A stretch of DNA of 64,000 nt, taken from assembly GCF_000002075.1 (NCBI RefSeq), contig NW_004797584.1:628848-692847 (forward strand). Reading direction: 5' to 3'. The stretch comes from Aplysia californica. Lineage: Eukaryota. A model generated the notes under the pieces. That model did no database searches, was not told where the DNA came from, and saw only the letters and a program-made list of their open reading frames with translations. The position numbers and the translations under genes were made by a program. How positions within the stretch are numbered: position 1 is the stretch's first letter; every line of letters begins with the position of its first letter. Of this stretch, positions 24,509-36,400 are shown one piece after another.

Positions 24509-25437
24509 TTTACTGTACAAATTTTTCCATATGAGAAAAAAAACCCTGTTTAAAGACAGATACTCCAAAGGAATTCCATGCAGCACGGCACAAAGTCCCA
24601 TAGCTTGTACTTGTAAGTTCACAACTCAAAATAACAATCATAACAAAAAAATAACTGTAGTCAAGTCTTACGACAGCTGAAGAAGCTGTTCATGAATTAG
24701 TACCATCTCATATTCCATACTGACTCTTTCTTTGGGTGGCATCGTTCCGTCTGAGCCACGACTGGCAAGCTGTAACTGTACCTCTGATACTCCCTGTCCG
24801 AAGAGACTCGAGACACTTAACCGTAAAGTTTGGGAATCTTTCTCTAAACGATTTACCATTCTATTTTTGTACAGAATCAAAATGTGCTAGAAGTGACATG
24901 TTTTTTCAACAACAAAAAAACCGATTTGAAAATTGTCTTTCTTGTAAATTTCTAATGAAAAATCGATGTGTTTATAGGTAGATCTAAACAATTTCTCATT
25001 TTACAGCATATTTGAGAGTAAATAATACAATTTGCCCTTACATTTTCTTACACGTCATTTATTTCCCAAAATTCTGCAACATGATATGTGCAGATTTGTT
25101 TTTTTAAGAGTTACCTTGTTAATAACATCCCTGACTTTGAGCCATTTTCAACCAGTCAAAATAATCTGTTGCTCAGAAGTCATCCTCCCTGTAAATCCAC
25201 CATCCAAAGAGTAATTCAAAATACTTTGAATATAAGGGGACCATCATAAGATATATGGAATTCATTCAAACCAGCTGTCCTTGCATATATATATTCTTTC
25301 CTTGGCTATTCTGTTTGAAACAAACCCCCAAAACACACAGACACACAAAGATGAAAAATCTTCATTCACCCAAGGATATGACCAGAAACACATTATGTAA
25401 AAGAAAAAAAAAAAGCAACAAGTTGAGTATAAATATC

Positions 25438-25766
25438 TCAAAGTTCATCCTTCAAACGTATTTGGAAAGTGCTAAGGACATTGAGCCGATCGCCCAGCTG
25501 CTCTTTCTTTTTATCACTAACTTTGCCAGAGCGGAGTTTTTCCACTCTAGTGACTTCAGACTCGACAAAATTGTCTCCCTTCTCTATAATCTTTCTCATG
25601 GTCTTTATGTACATATCTGCAGACGCCTTTTCCTCGTCAGAATTCAACTTCTCCGCAGCCGCCTCAGCCTTCTTCAAAACGGCGTCTCTCTTGTCGGCGT
25701 CCCCATAAAACTCCTTGACAAGTCTGTCAAACTCCTCCAGACAGCCAGGACGACCGATATACAGAC
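25438..25766 (-). CDS. ERP29: ERP29 exon 4 (GLYIGRPGC...RLKDEL*)
   Basis: cacag acceptor; KDEL then TGA. Confidence 0.96.
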
Positions 25767-28700
25767 CTGTGCGGGGGGAAAGCGGAAGTAAGAAACTGAA
25801 CCATACAGACCTGCATGGATTGTCACACATTCACACGCAGAGAACATAAAACGTAACGGCCAAAACAATTCATAAAAATAGTTTTCGCACGAGTTTGTCC
25901 TCCGTCGAAGAATTCTTCCAAAGGAATGATACATAAATCATGTATTGTCCAAGGATCTCTCTCTGTTGCAAGAGACATATCATTCTGAAAGTAGACTATA
26001 TTAAAAAAACAACAACCCCAAAACAGTGGAACGGTATTTAGACTGGTCAAGTGGCAGAGCATCAAGTAGAACAGAAACATCAGAGTACATTGTCTAGACA
26101 CAAAAGTAGATTGAAATTGGCACCCAAATCTAACAAGCTGAGTAAAAAAAGCTTTGTTATAAGATTCTCCTGTTGAAGATTGACCAACAGAGAAGCCATG
26201 TTTCTTCTTTCTGATTCTATTGGGTTTTTAAAAAAACATATATGCCAATCTGAAAAATGATCTTGCGTTTGTTTGTTCGTATTAAGAGGTGCGCATCAAC
26301 ACAATATCGGTCAGGGAAAGAGTTAAACGGATAGACAGACAGAAACAACAAAGTAAAAGAAAAAAAAAGGATGACCTACCAGTGGCGACTTCCAACCACT
26401 CGCAGAAAAAAGCGGAATGAAAAAAGGTAATATCTAAGAACTAAGACTAGAGAGACATGTAGACATTGCTTAGGTCAGTCTGAAAACCTACCAGACTCCC
26501 GCATAACGAATGTTTTGATAGCACCCTCATCCTCAGAGTTGCCTGTATATTTGATCTGGTCTTTCGAATTTCCCTTGATGAACAATCTGTAGGCAGGGAA
26601 ATCTTCCTTTTTTATTCCAAACCTTTCGGCCAGGTCTGAATTATCTTTGTCACCATAGTCTGAAACGAATAGAACAAAAGTACACGTTGAGATAAGACAA
26701 TCTTTCTACAGTAATTCTACTGCACAGGCAGATTTGACCCCTACCTCAAACAACAAACCACAACACCGAATGTTCATTAGAGGACTGACTGCTCATTCAT
26801 CATGATAGAGATTTGGCAACAAACAGCAACACTAAATGTTCATTGGGGGAATGAGTGATCATTGATCATTGTAGAGATTTAACAACAAAAATGACAACAT
26901 TTTCATTCAGGAAATGACTGCTCATTGATCATTGTAAAGGCCAAAGACAAACAGCAAAACTAAACGTTCATTAGGGGGATGAGTGGTCATTGATCATTGT
27001 ACACAAGTATAGATTTAACGCCTCTTTCAACATTGTAAGTTGTGAGCTCCAAATTTAATGTCCATATCAAATAGGACCGAACCAAATGGGCGGTGTTGAG
27101 CCTTAAACACTCTCTAAATACACCCATGTTCAGAACGCCCCATTGGGGATTCAAACCAGGGTCATCCATTCCGTAGTCTAGCATGACACCAATTGAGCTA
27201 ACAACAGTGTGCCCACTTGGGGGAATGAGACGTCAAACTGGAAAGAACTGGCTAGCAAGTTAAGAGGGTCATTGGAAAGAAAGTTGTGTCAGTCTATAAC
27301 AGAAACATGAATTTTAAACTGCTGAGTAAATTTAACATAACGCTGATTTAAAAGAAAAAAAGAAACAAGAATTGTAAGGACCAGTATTCCTAAAGAAAAA
27401 AAGAGTTAAGTCCCAAGAAATCACAGAATTTTTTTTTTTTACACCAAAGTCGTTTGCAAGCACACTTCCCGACATTTTGCTTCTTCTTGTTTTAATGACT
27501 CTTATCAATACCTGGAGTGCAAACATTATCGAGAAAGAGGTGCAAAAAAAAGTATCCATGACTGAACATGGGAAAATAAGAATATACTGGCTTTCTTTAT
27601 GAGTATTATGTTCATATAGCCTACAAGTGCCAGATGTTAGCTTGGTGTATTAATTAAAATATACACTTCTGTAGTCATATTGACACAAACATACCGATGT
27701 AGATCAAGATGTTTCATGAGTGAAAAGAAATCCTTTTCAAAGTGACAGAGGAGCATTTTTTAAAGTAGATCAGTACCCTGTCCTTGACCCCTATCTCTGC
27801 CATGAGTAAAAGGTCTCTACAGCTGGAAGTCTGAGTAAAGACAATGATTTCCTCTGGAAAATGATGTTACCTTTTTTAATTGTGTATAAAAAGGAAAAAG
27901 CTTAATTTTCTGTCAAGACCCTAAAGCAGCAATTAACAATTAGCTTCAAGCACTCACCAGCAACTTGAACCTCAGCAATAAGTAGATTTGGCTGCTTCAA
28001 ACTGGCTTTTGCCACTTCCTTAAAAATATCTTGCTTTTTCCCATAAGGATATGTCTCATCAAATTTCACTAAGACAGCCTGATGTTTTTCAATCACCTGG
28101 GAAAACACATTAGAACAATAATTAGTTACAGTTAGAGGGGAAGAATAAAAGACGAGTCTAGGCAAGTTTTTTTTTAGTAAGTATTTTATGGCACTTGTAA
28201 CACAATAAGGTCATATAAGTGCCGAAGATTAGAGGTGTTACAAGAGAGTAACAAACACAAAAAAGAAGGAGGGGAGAAAAAGACAATAGATGTTTGATAG
28301 GAAAGAAGAAGCAAACCACACCAGAGCACCCACCAACCACCCACTAGGCAAGTTTGAGACTACTATATATATATATGCACAATAAAATACAGGTTTTATA
28401 GGGTGTGTGGAATTTTCTTATACACATGCATATAAATAGCCCCCCTGGCAACCTTCAATACCATAAATAGTGGGAAATTTTATTATTTTAAATTTGAGAA
28501 CTGTGAGTTAACATATAATGTAGAGACTGGCATTTAATTTCAGAGTGTGCACATCCCCCTTCGAACTCTACCTGATCTCCTCACCACACCTGTTAGGCCA
28601 AAAATACACTGTGTTGAGTACATGAGATTAGCTCATCACGTCTTCTTGCCAAAAGCTACCACCTTCTTTCACGAATCTCTTGGCTGAGGGAGGGGGGGAA

Positions 28701-30643
28701 GGGGGGGGGGGGGGGGAGGAGAGTCTCAGTCACTGTGCACATAACACCCAACAAACCAGCATCTACTCACTTGAAAGAAAAAATAGATCTGGTGAAAACT
28801 TGAGAAAACTACTTGAGATTTACTAGTTACTGAAGCCGCGTAAGTTGTCACTTTCTGATGTAACATTAACATCGCCATACCTTGAAATTAGGACTAGTAA
28901 GTGAATGTGCATGAGTAGGTGTGCTCGAGTGTGTGTGTGTGAGAGGACGGTTGGGTGAGTTGTGTAGGCTATACTTTTTAAAATGTGCGACCACATCACA
29001 CACCACAGACTCAGCATGTTGACCGGCACTTCATAGCTAGGAATTTGGACCAATGGTGATGCTTTAAACCTGTTACACCCCCAGTCTGTCGCACGTGATG
29101 AGTCTCGATCGCATCATGGATCCATCTCAGGTGACGGCCCCCCTCGGCTAGACGTTGCATCGCGTGTACGGAGACAGGTTACTTTATTTCTACATCATGT
29201 CTTTATTTACAGTCTTCCTTGTTTGATGTTGGAGAGGAAAGAGCTGCATGCCACGCAATATTGTGTTGCATAAAAAGACAAATTCTAAGACTTGAGTCTT
29301 GAGCAACCTATGCCTCTTTGCCTGTTTCCCACCCAAAGCCAAGGGTTTGCTGTTGGTAGACACCACTGTGCAGTATACAAACATTACTTAAAGAAAGCAA
29401 CTTTGACCATAACAATTTAATACTTTGGCTTAGGTAACAGCAATAATTCATGCTCTTACAATTTAGTGGCCTCCACTACATACTTACTTTACTTTTTCAT
29501 CCTCTGTTGCCGTTAAGCGTCGAGGGGAGATCCACTACATTAAAGTGTAAAATATGCATTTAAATGTTGAAGTTTAATGCAACAAAGTGATACCTACATC
29601 ACTCATGTGGGTAAGGTATAATATGAACTTATGGTAGACCCAACACTGAATGAAGCCGGAACTATTTTTGAGCCTCGCAGTGCAATGGTCCGCTCTTATG
29701 TTATTGTTGCATTTTGTGTGTTTTTTAAATAATCATATTGTTGCCAGGGCCCCCCCTGAAACTACAAGCAATCAAACAGCTAGATGGTGCAACGATAATG
29801 AAATGCCATTGGCCAATATAATTAACAGCCTTAAATTCTCCTTTGACCTCGCAAGGGGGATGCCCGTCGCTTCATCTGATCAAGATTCTAAAAATAGTGA
29901 TGATTTTGCGTTGCGCGGTTTGCACTGGCAGCAAAGATCGTGTACTACTACACTAGAGAATCTTTGCTGGCAGTTTCCAAGCTTCCATCTTTGGTTGGCC
30001 TAGAGGCTATACGGTGAACGCCCATCGGGTGAGAATAGCCAAATGACTCGCCTGCACTGCCGTCATGCGGTCGTGTTACCACCATGACTGACAAAGTGGG
30101 AATCCCTCAATGACATCACTACGGCCAATGGTGTTTAGACTTTAGATAGATCTAGTCGTTCTCTAGCTCCGCTTGTCCTTAAACCCTCCACTGGCCCACT
30201 GTTGTATGGCTAGAATTCTAGTGCACATTATAATGATTAACTAAAAACATGTAGACACAGTGGGTCCACCAAAGTTCAATCAAGCCCTCACGTGTAGGCT
30301 ATAAAACTACTGTTGGTAGGGGGGGGGCTCTCTATACAATTTTAAAATAACACTAAATTATTTTACAACAAAGACAAATGGCCTGCCTTCTGTCCAATCA
30401 ATGCACAATTCACATGCGATTCACACATTACATTGCCAATGATTTGAAGCAGGTGTACTGGACAATATTTTACCATATGGTGGAATATAGAACATTTTTG
30501 CTGCAAAAGCTGAAAGAAAGTACCTTGTCAAACACTCCTGAATTAAGAGAAACGGAGCCCTGGATAATTTCACCTCGAATCAGGTGAAGTAGGGCAAAAA
30601 GCCCAACAATAACACCGGCTAGCATGTTTCCAGCAGAAGACAT
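25438..30643 (-). CDS. ERP29: Endoplasmic reticulum resident protein 29 (ERp29/windbeutel family), 4 exons, 251 aa
   Basis: complement(join(25438..25766,26492..26659,27958..28096,30524..30643)) = 756 nt. Hydrophobic signal peptide, LVKFDETYPYGKKQD, DYGDKDNSDLAERF, YIGRPGCLEEFD linker, helical C-domain, C-terminal KDEL. No CxxC, as expected for the family. Confidence 0.96.
26492..26659 (-). CDS. ERP29: ERP29 exon 3 (DYGDKDNSDLAERFGIKKEDFPAYRLF...)
   Basis: tttcag acceptor, G|gtaggt donor. Confidence 0.95.
26748..27001. repeat. Degenerate tandem repeat (~65-bp unit, 4 copies) in ERP29 intron 2
   Basis: Recurring acaaacagcaac..aatgttcatt.ggg...tcattgatcattgta. Confidence 0.8.
27065..27203 (-). 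mobile_element. Degenerate tRNA-derived SINE fragment
   Basis: tagctcaattgg (A box) and ggtttgaatccc (B-box-like) on -. Confidence 0.45.
27958..28096 (-). CDS. ERP29: ERP29 exon 2 (VIEKHQAVLVKFDETYPYG...)
   Basis: cccag acceptor, G|gtgagt donor. Confidence 0.95.
28170..28343 (-). mobile_element. Short retroposon family B copy with TSD
   Basis: 12-bp TSD ctaggcaagttt (28158-28169 / 28344-28355); A-rich 3' end. Confidence 0.88.
30524..30643 (-). CDS. ERP29: ERP29 exon 1 (signal peptide; MSSAGNMLAGVIVGLFALLHLIRGEIIQGSVSLNSGVFDK)
   Basis: aaaATG start; AAG|gtactt donor; phase 0. Confidence 0.9.
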
Positions 30644-30649
30644 TTTCTA

Positions 30650-30910
30650 ACAATGATGAGCTGGACCAATCAAGCATCGTTTTATGGCAAACGGAAGTTG
30701 ATAAAAGGAGCAGCTTAATGATAGATGTCGTCATTTGATTGGCGAATTTTCTGTGCAGATAACTCTGCTTTCATTTGTAAACCAGAAAGAAACCGGAAGT
30801 AAACATAGAACTTTCAATTTTGCAAACCACTAAATGGCGCTATGATGACATACGTCAGCATAGGCTACTGCTGATCATGGACATCTCATAAAAATACGTC
30901 AGCATTATAG
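30650..30910. promoter_or_regulatory. Putative bidirectional promoter ERP29/SKA2
   Basis: CCAAT boxes in both orientations (~30666, ~30739), ETS-like CGGAAGT (~30692, ~30794), YY1-like AAATGGCG (~30832) and two ATACGTCAGCAT half-CRE copies (~30850, ~30894), between divergent genes. Confidence 0.6.
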
Positions 30911-33425
30911 GTTCCCTACTGTATACAAAACAGTACATTCAAGGGCTGTTCATTGGGAAAGTGTTTAAGGTACTCTGTTATAACATTCACTATTCACGGA
31001 ACAGATTTATCATTCATCTTTCTCCTAAGACAAGAATCTAAAAATCTAGATATCTAGATCTAGATCTACATTCTACATCTTCTAGAATCTAGATCTAGAT
31101 ATAGAATCTAGATCTAGACTTCTAGAGTACGAGATACCAGACCACGTAACAGTACAGTCAGTAGTCAGCTGTCGTCCCACGGCCCACAACAACAATAGGC
31201 AAATTCCGGGAAAAAGCTATTTTTGTACTATTGGCACTGGGAATAAGTAAAGCCTTTATTTTTGCTTGCAGAAATCTTCTTTTGGGAGTGGGGGTTCAAA
31301 CCAAGTCGTCTTATACGTACACGAACAAATTCAGTCAATTAGCCGGACGGAAGCCGCTTCTCGTGTTCTCTCTCTCTTTCTTTCTCTCCCCCCCCCCCTC
31401 TCTCTCTTTCTCTGCCCGCAGACGAAATGCTCGCTTTCAACTCAGCGCTGGAATGTTTGTTTACACTTGTAGACTTGTAAAGTTGTAGGGCCTTTATTTT
31501 TATCTATCACTTATCACCAGCCGTCATGCGCTAAGCAAGTTTCGGCCCGGACAAGAGGGCAATTGAAACATCTTGGTTGTAGAGAATCTTTGATAACATC
31601 ACAAAAACTGCATTTCTATTTTTAGTAACTTTGTCACCAGCACTGCGATTCTGCAATGAAAAATGATTTAAAGGGTGATAGATCATTTTTGTTCTGGCCT
31701 GGTCAACTTGTGATTGTGAGAGAAACCCCGGAAGCCTACAAGTAATATATATATGGAAATATGGGTGCCTTTTCTGTAGTTCCCACCCCCCTTATTTGAG
31801 CCTAGATCTACATCAAGATCTGTACGTTTGATGCGGGGCGAGCTAAGATATCAAACCTAACAACTGCAAAACATCAAATTATGTGTAAATTCAGGCCCCA
31901 TGCCCCCCCCCCTCCCCCCACCTGAAACCCCCCCACCATACTTTTGTTAGAGTCCCCCCTGAAACCCCCCTACTCTTGGGGCCAAAACCGGTGAATAACA
32001 ATTGCTGGGTGGGAACTTCTGAAAAAGCGCCGAAATATGTCCTCTATCTATATTTGGGCCAATCACTGAGGCTGAGGTGTGCTCGGCTAGGACGCTAGGT
32101 GGTCTCTATAGCTTCCTGTCACTCGGAAGGCTGTGAGGCCGTGTTTACCTTGCCTAGATCTAGTACTAGATAGAAGGCTATAGGGTGACCAGCTCTGGGT
32201 GGGTAGAAAAAGTAAAAGGCTAGCCACCTGAGTTGCTGAAATCCCCATGGGCCAGTAGCGTCAGGCTAATCGAGACAGAATTCGTTTAGATCGAGCGGCT
32301 TGCACCGGCCTACATTAAATCACTAAAACTAAAGATCTAGTTCTTGTCCATAATATAGAGAGAGATTCAAGAGGTCATTGTTGGCATCGCTAATCAAAAA
32401 TGATTTTCAAGAAAATTTCAAAAATGTAAATACTAATAAAAAGGCTCATAAATTAGGCCTTACCAATTGAAAAAAAAACAGTTTATATTATAGGAGAAAA
32501 AATGGGGCATGCCTCCCGTGTGACCCCCCAGATTTTGATATTGATTATTTTACTTTCACTCCAGTTGCTTGGTAACGTAAGGCAAGGTGTAGACTTTTCT
32601 AAGATTTTCTTGTAAGTTCATTTTGTATGAAATTGAATATTACTCAGACTTACTTAAAGTAAGTTTAATATCATGTTGCAAATTATTAGTTTATGAAATA
32701 GGCCTAATTGTTGATTTCTACCATAATACAATAAACTTCACTGTGTACTGTGAAATTCGGATGTAATGATTAAACAAAGTACAAGTAAAGTTGTTTGGCC
32801 TGACCTTCAGTTTAGTTGAATCATGAATCCAAGTGTTCATTCAATTAATTGTGGGCAACAAGAGGTGTTACAATGGCCTACCATGGCAATCATGTTTGTT
32901 TAGATTTTTAAAAAATCAGCATACAATTCATTTATCTTCTATGTCTTCTAAGCTAGCCTTTTATTATACCGTAGCTGGGGGGGTGGGGGGTAGGCGGAGT
33001 TGAATAATTATGTCTATGACGCATGTGTATCTTTGATGTGGTGCAAGTGCGATCGATAGTCTCTGGGAATAGAGGATGGTTTGTTGCTGGAGAAAATGTG
33101 CAAAGTAAAGTCACATCAGTGGGGCTGTTCGCCTTGTAAGGGACTTTGATGAAACCCAGTTTGCTCATTTATGTTTTGCAGCTCATCATTCGCATAGGGC
33201 ATGCTTTTCTTTTCACCTAAGGTTCATGATGCCATTAGCCGAAGACCACTGTACTTTTTAAAAGTAAGGCGTATAACTGCGCATAAATATAGAGGCTGTT
33301 AAGAATCCAACTTTATTTACTTAGAATCATACACTAACGGAGAAGAAGGTAAGGGTCGACCGATAATTTATCTTAAATTTTACTTTATTTCTATATTTGA
33401 TCATCCTTCATTCAGAACTGTCACA

Positions 33426-33476
33426 ATGGAAAAGGCTGTCGCTATGGAAAAGGCTGTGGACAACTTGGAATCTATG
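33426..33476 (+). CDS. SKA2: SKA2 coding exon 1 (MEKAVAMEKAVDNLESM)
   Basis: Acceptor ttcag ending 33415 (implies an upstream non-coding exon); ATG|gtgagt donor. Confidence 0.85.
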
Positions 33477-36400
33477 GTGAGTTTAAGAAAAGACCTGATT
33501 ATATTCTAGCAGTGTAAGCCATATAAATAAGCTGTTAACTTCCTTTTTTACTTAAAAATTGTTAGTCGCTGAATTCCTGAATCCATGTGGTGAGATTGAT
33601 TTGAATATTTTGCAGGTGTGGTATTGTAGTTTCAGTCGGTATGAGGTTGACATCATACTAAACTAGACTTTCTATCATAATTGAAAGCCTTTTTCGGTAC
33701 TTCATAATTTTATTTATTCAAGTTTATCATGCAGTATGTTTGCTTCTAGATCTAAATTCTTTTAATTTTTCAAACATTTTAGGCCATTAGCACTACTGAA
33801 TGACCATTATTGTGTCGATCATGTGCCTCTCTTTACTCACACAAAAGGTTAATAGCACCATGTTATAATGCTAAGAAAAGCTTCTATCTGGGACTGTGTG
33901 AAGTAGAAAGTTTCACTAATATATTTACTCATCAAACTCGAAATGAGTTCTACTGTGTGTCTGTTTGAACTAGATTTTGCATACTCCGTAAAGACATTCA
34001 TCAACAGCTTCTGCATCAACTGTAAAATCTTCCACTAGCAAGTCCTCTTTTCTTACTGACAACCTGTTGTTGGCTCTGTCTTTATTGCTTTTTCCCATGG
34101 TTGATACACTTCTCTTTAACTAGAACTCAGCTTTTCCAGTTTTCAGCCTCTTGTATAATTGCAGGTCGTTAATGATTGCTATTATATCAATGATTAATCG
34201 ACTGTTGATTGAAAGCTGTTTCGAAATTTACTTTCAGTTTAACAAAGCAGAAGCAGACTTAAATTACCTGTCTCGAAAACTAGAGTTCCAGGTGGAAAAT
34301 GAGAAAGGACTTAATGCGAAGGTTTGTTTTTGATTATTTTCCTAGCTTTGAATAGGGTCTGTGACATATCGATGGATGAGTGCAAGAAGTGACTACTATA
34401 TCCACTTTTGGTCGAAATGGAACTGAACACTTTGCAGAATGAAGAAACTGGGCAAAGCAGTACAAAATACCCCATCTGGGAGTCGCAACAGACATATATC
34501 CGGCCTGGCACAGAACTGCGCCTGGTGATCAGAACAGATAATTTTCACCTGCGCATTATTGCGCCAAGTGACAGCAAAGTGTTAATCGATATGGGTAGCG
34601 AGATTTTAAGTTGCTCTTCTATCTCTGTAAATATCTAAGCCATAGCTTATTTGAATGACAATGTAATAATTATAGAGATTTCAAAATTGTCAAAATTTCT
34701 AACTTATTTTTCTCAAAACTGAAAAGTGGATATATAGTCACTTCTTGCGATCAGCTGTCGATATATTTCTTTTAGTTTAAGGTTCTCTTTTCTTATCTTC
34801 ATTAAATTCATTCAGCTTGGAGAGAGTTTTATATGTGACCACTTTACTTTTTTCTGTGCTATGAATGAAATAGTTTTACAGTTTTATCTGTTCATGCTGA
34901 ATATTTTGAGGCCTGGAACTACATTTAAATACTTAAAAGTATAGCTGGATTGTGAAAAGGTTAAACTTTTTGTAAGTTTTTGCTTTTCCCTACAGTGAAA
35001 TAATAGTGATGAATATGTTTAGATATTAATTTATTGTTTTAACCAGACTGTCAGTTGATGTGATGATAATTTGGCCTTTTAAAGTACAAATATATATTCT
35101 AGGCCCCTATTTTTTCTTTTATGCATTAGGCGTAGCAGCTCTGATCTAGGAAAAGAGTTTTGCCCAGTTTCTTCGTTCATGCCTTTTCGCAGTGTAATAT
35201 AAGTCTTTAGTGTTAAGCACTACTTTTTTTTTGACAGCACAACCCTGTGAAGCTCATGAGAAAGTTGGAAGGAGTGAAAACAGAATTTGCCTCGCTAGTT
35301 CAAGATGTCTCAGAAATACAGACAGCTCAGAAGGTATGTGTTACGGAACACAACACTACCACATTTTAAAAACCAACATTTCGAAATAACAAATGGGAAA
35401 CTCTTACCATAGGTGCTGGATACTTTAATTTTCTATAAGTGTAGTGCATAGTAGATTTCCAGCAAAATGAGTAGACTTTGGCTCTGTCCCTTCCTCTTCT
35501 CTGTCTGTCTTCCGACTGTCTCTAATCATATGACTAGTCAAAAAATGATATTGTTGTCTACTTATGTCCAACTATTTTTTTTCATGTTTTGTTTTTCATT
35601 CTCTGCATTAGAAACATTGCCTTTACATTGTTTTCATGTCATCGACATTTTAGCTATGCCTCATGTCAGTTTTGGGAGCTCTTATTTGCTTTTTTCACAA
35701 TATTTAACTTTCTAGTGTTTATACAGTCCTTTTCTGCTTAATGGCAAAATTTGTCCTGTATTTTGCTGATTTGCCCTTTAACTACTACTCAATTCGACCC
35801 AACTGTCTGTCTTAAACCAATGAATTATTTTTATGTGGTTAGTATCCTCACTTGTTTTGTTTTGCAATGGAAACAAGACAGTTTCAGAATCGAATTGTGG
35901 GTGGTTGGCGGGTGCTCTGGTGTGGTTTGCTTCTTCTTTCCTGTCAAAACATCTATTGTCTTTATCCCCCCATCTCCTTTTTTTGTGTTTGTTACTCTCT
36001 TGTAACACCTCTAATCTTTGGCGCTTATATGACCTTATTGTGTTGCAAGTGCCGTAAAACTGGTACTAAAACTTTCAAAAAATGAATCAAATTCTTGTAA
36101 CATGACTTTCTATATTTTTTTTGTTTTGTTTTCCAATTTCAGGAAGCTGTAGATTTTTTCAGGACTCAGCTGCTGTCACTGACCCAGATGTTGGGGAAGT
36201 TGGAAACCGACACCGGTGTAAGTCTTTCTTTTGTATTTTTCACAATGGTCCTAGTAAGTGGAGCTAAGGATGTGTTTTTTTTTGTTGGCGTACTTCAGTG
36301 TTGGAATAAGACAATGTTTGTCTTCATCTGTTCAAAACTCAAAACTACTGTGCACCATTTTTAAATATTTCTTTTTGGTGTGCTCTTTTTATTTGTTGTT

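Noticed and set aside
25255-25791. 178-aa plus-strand ORF
   Set aside because: Antisense shadow of ERP29 exon 4
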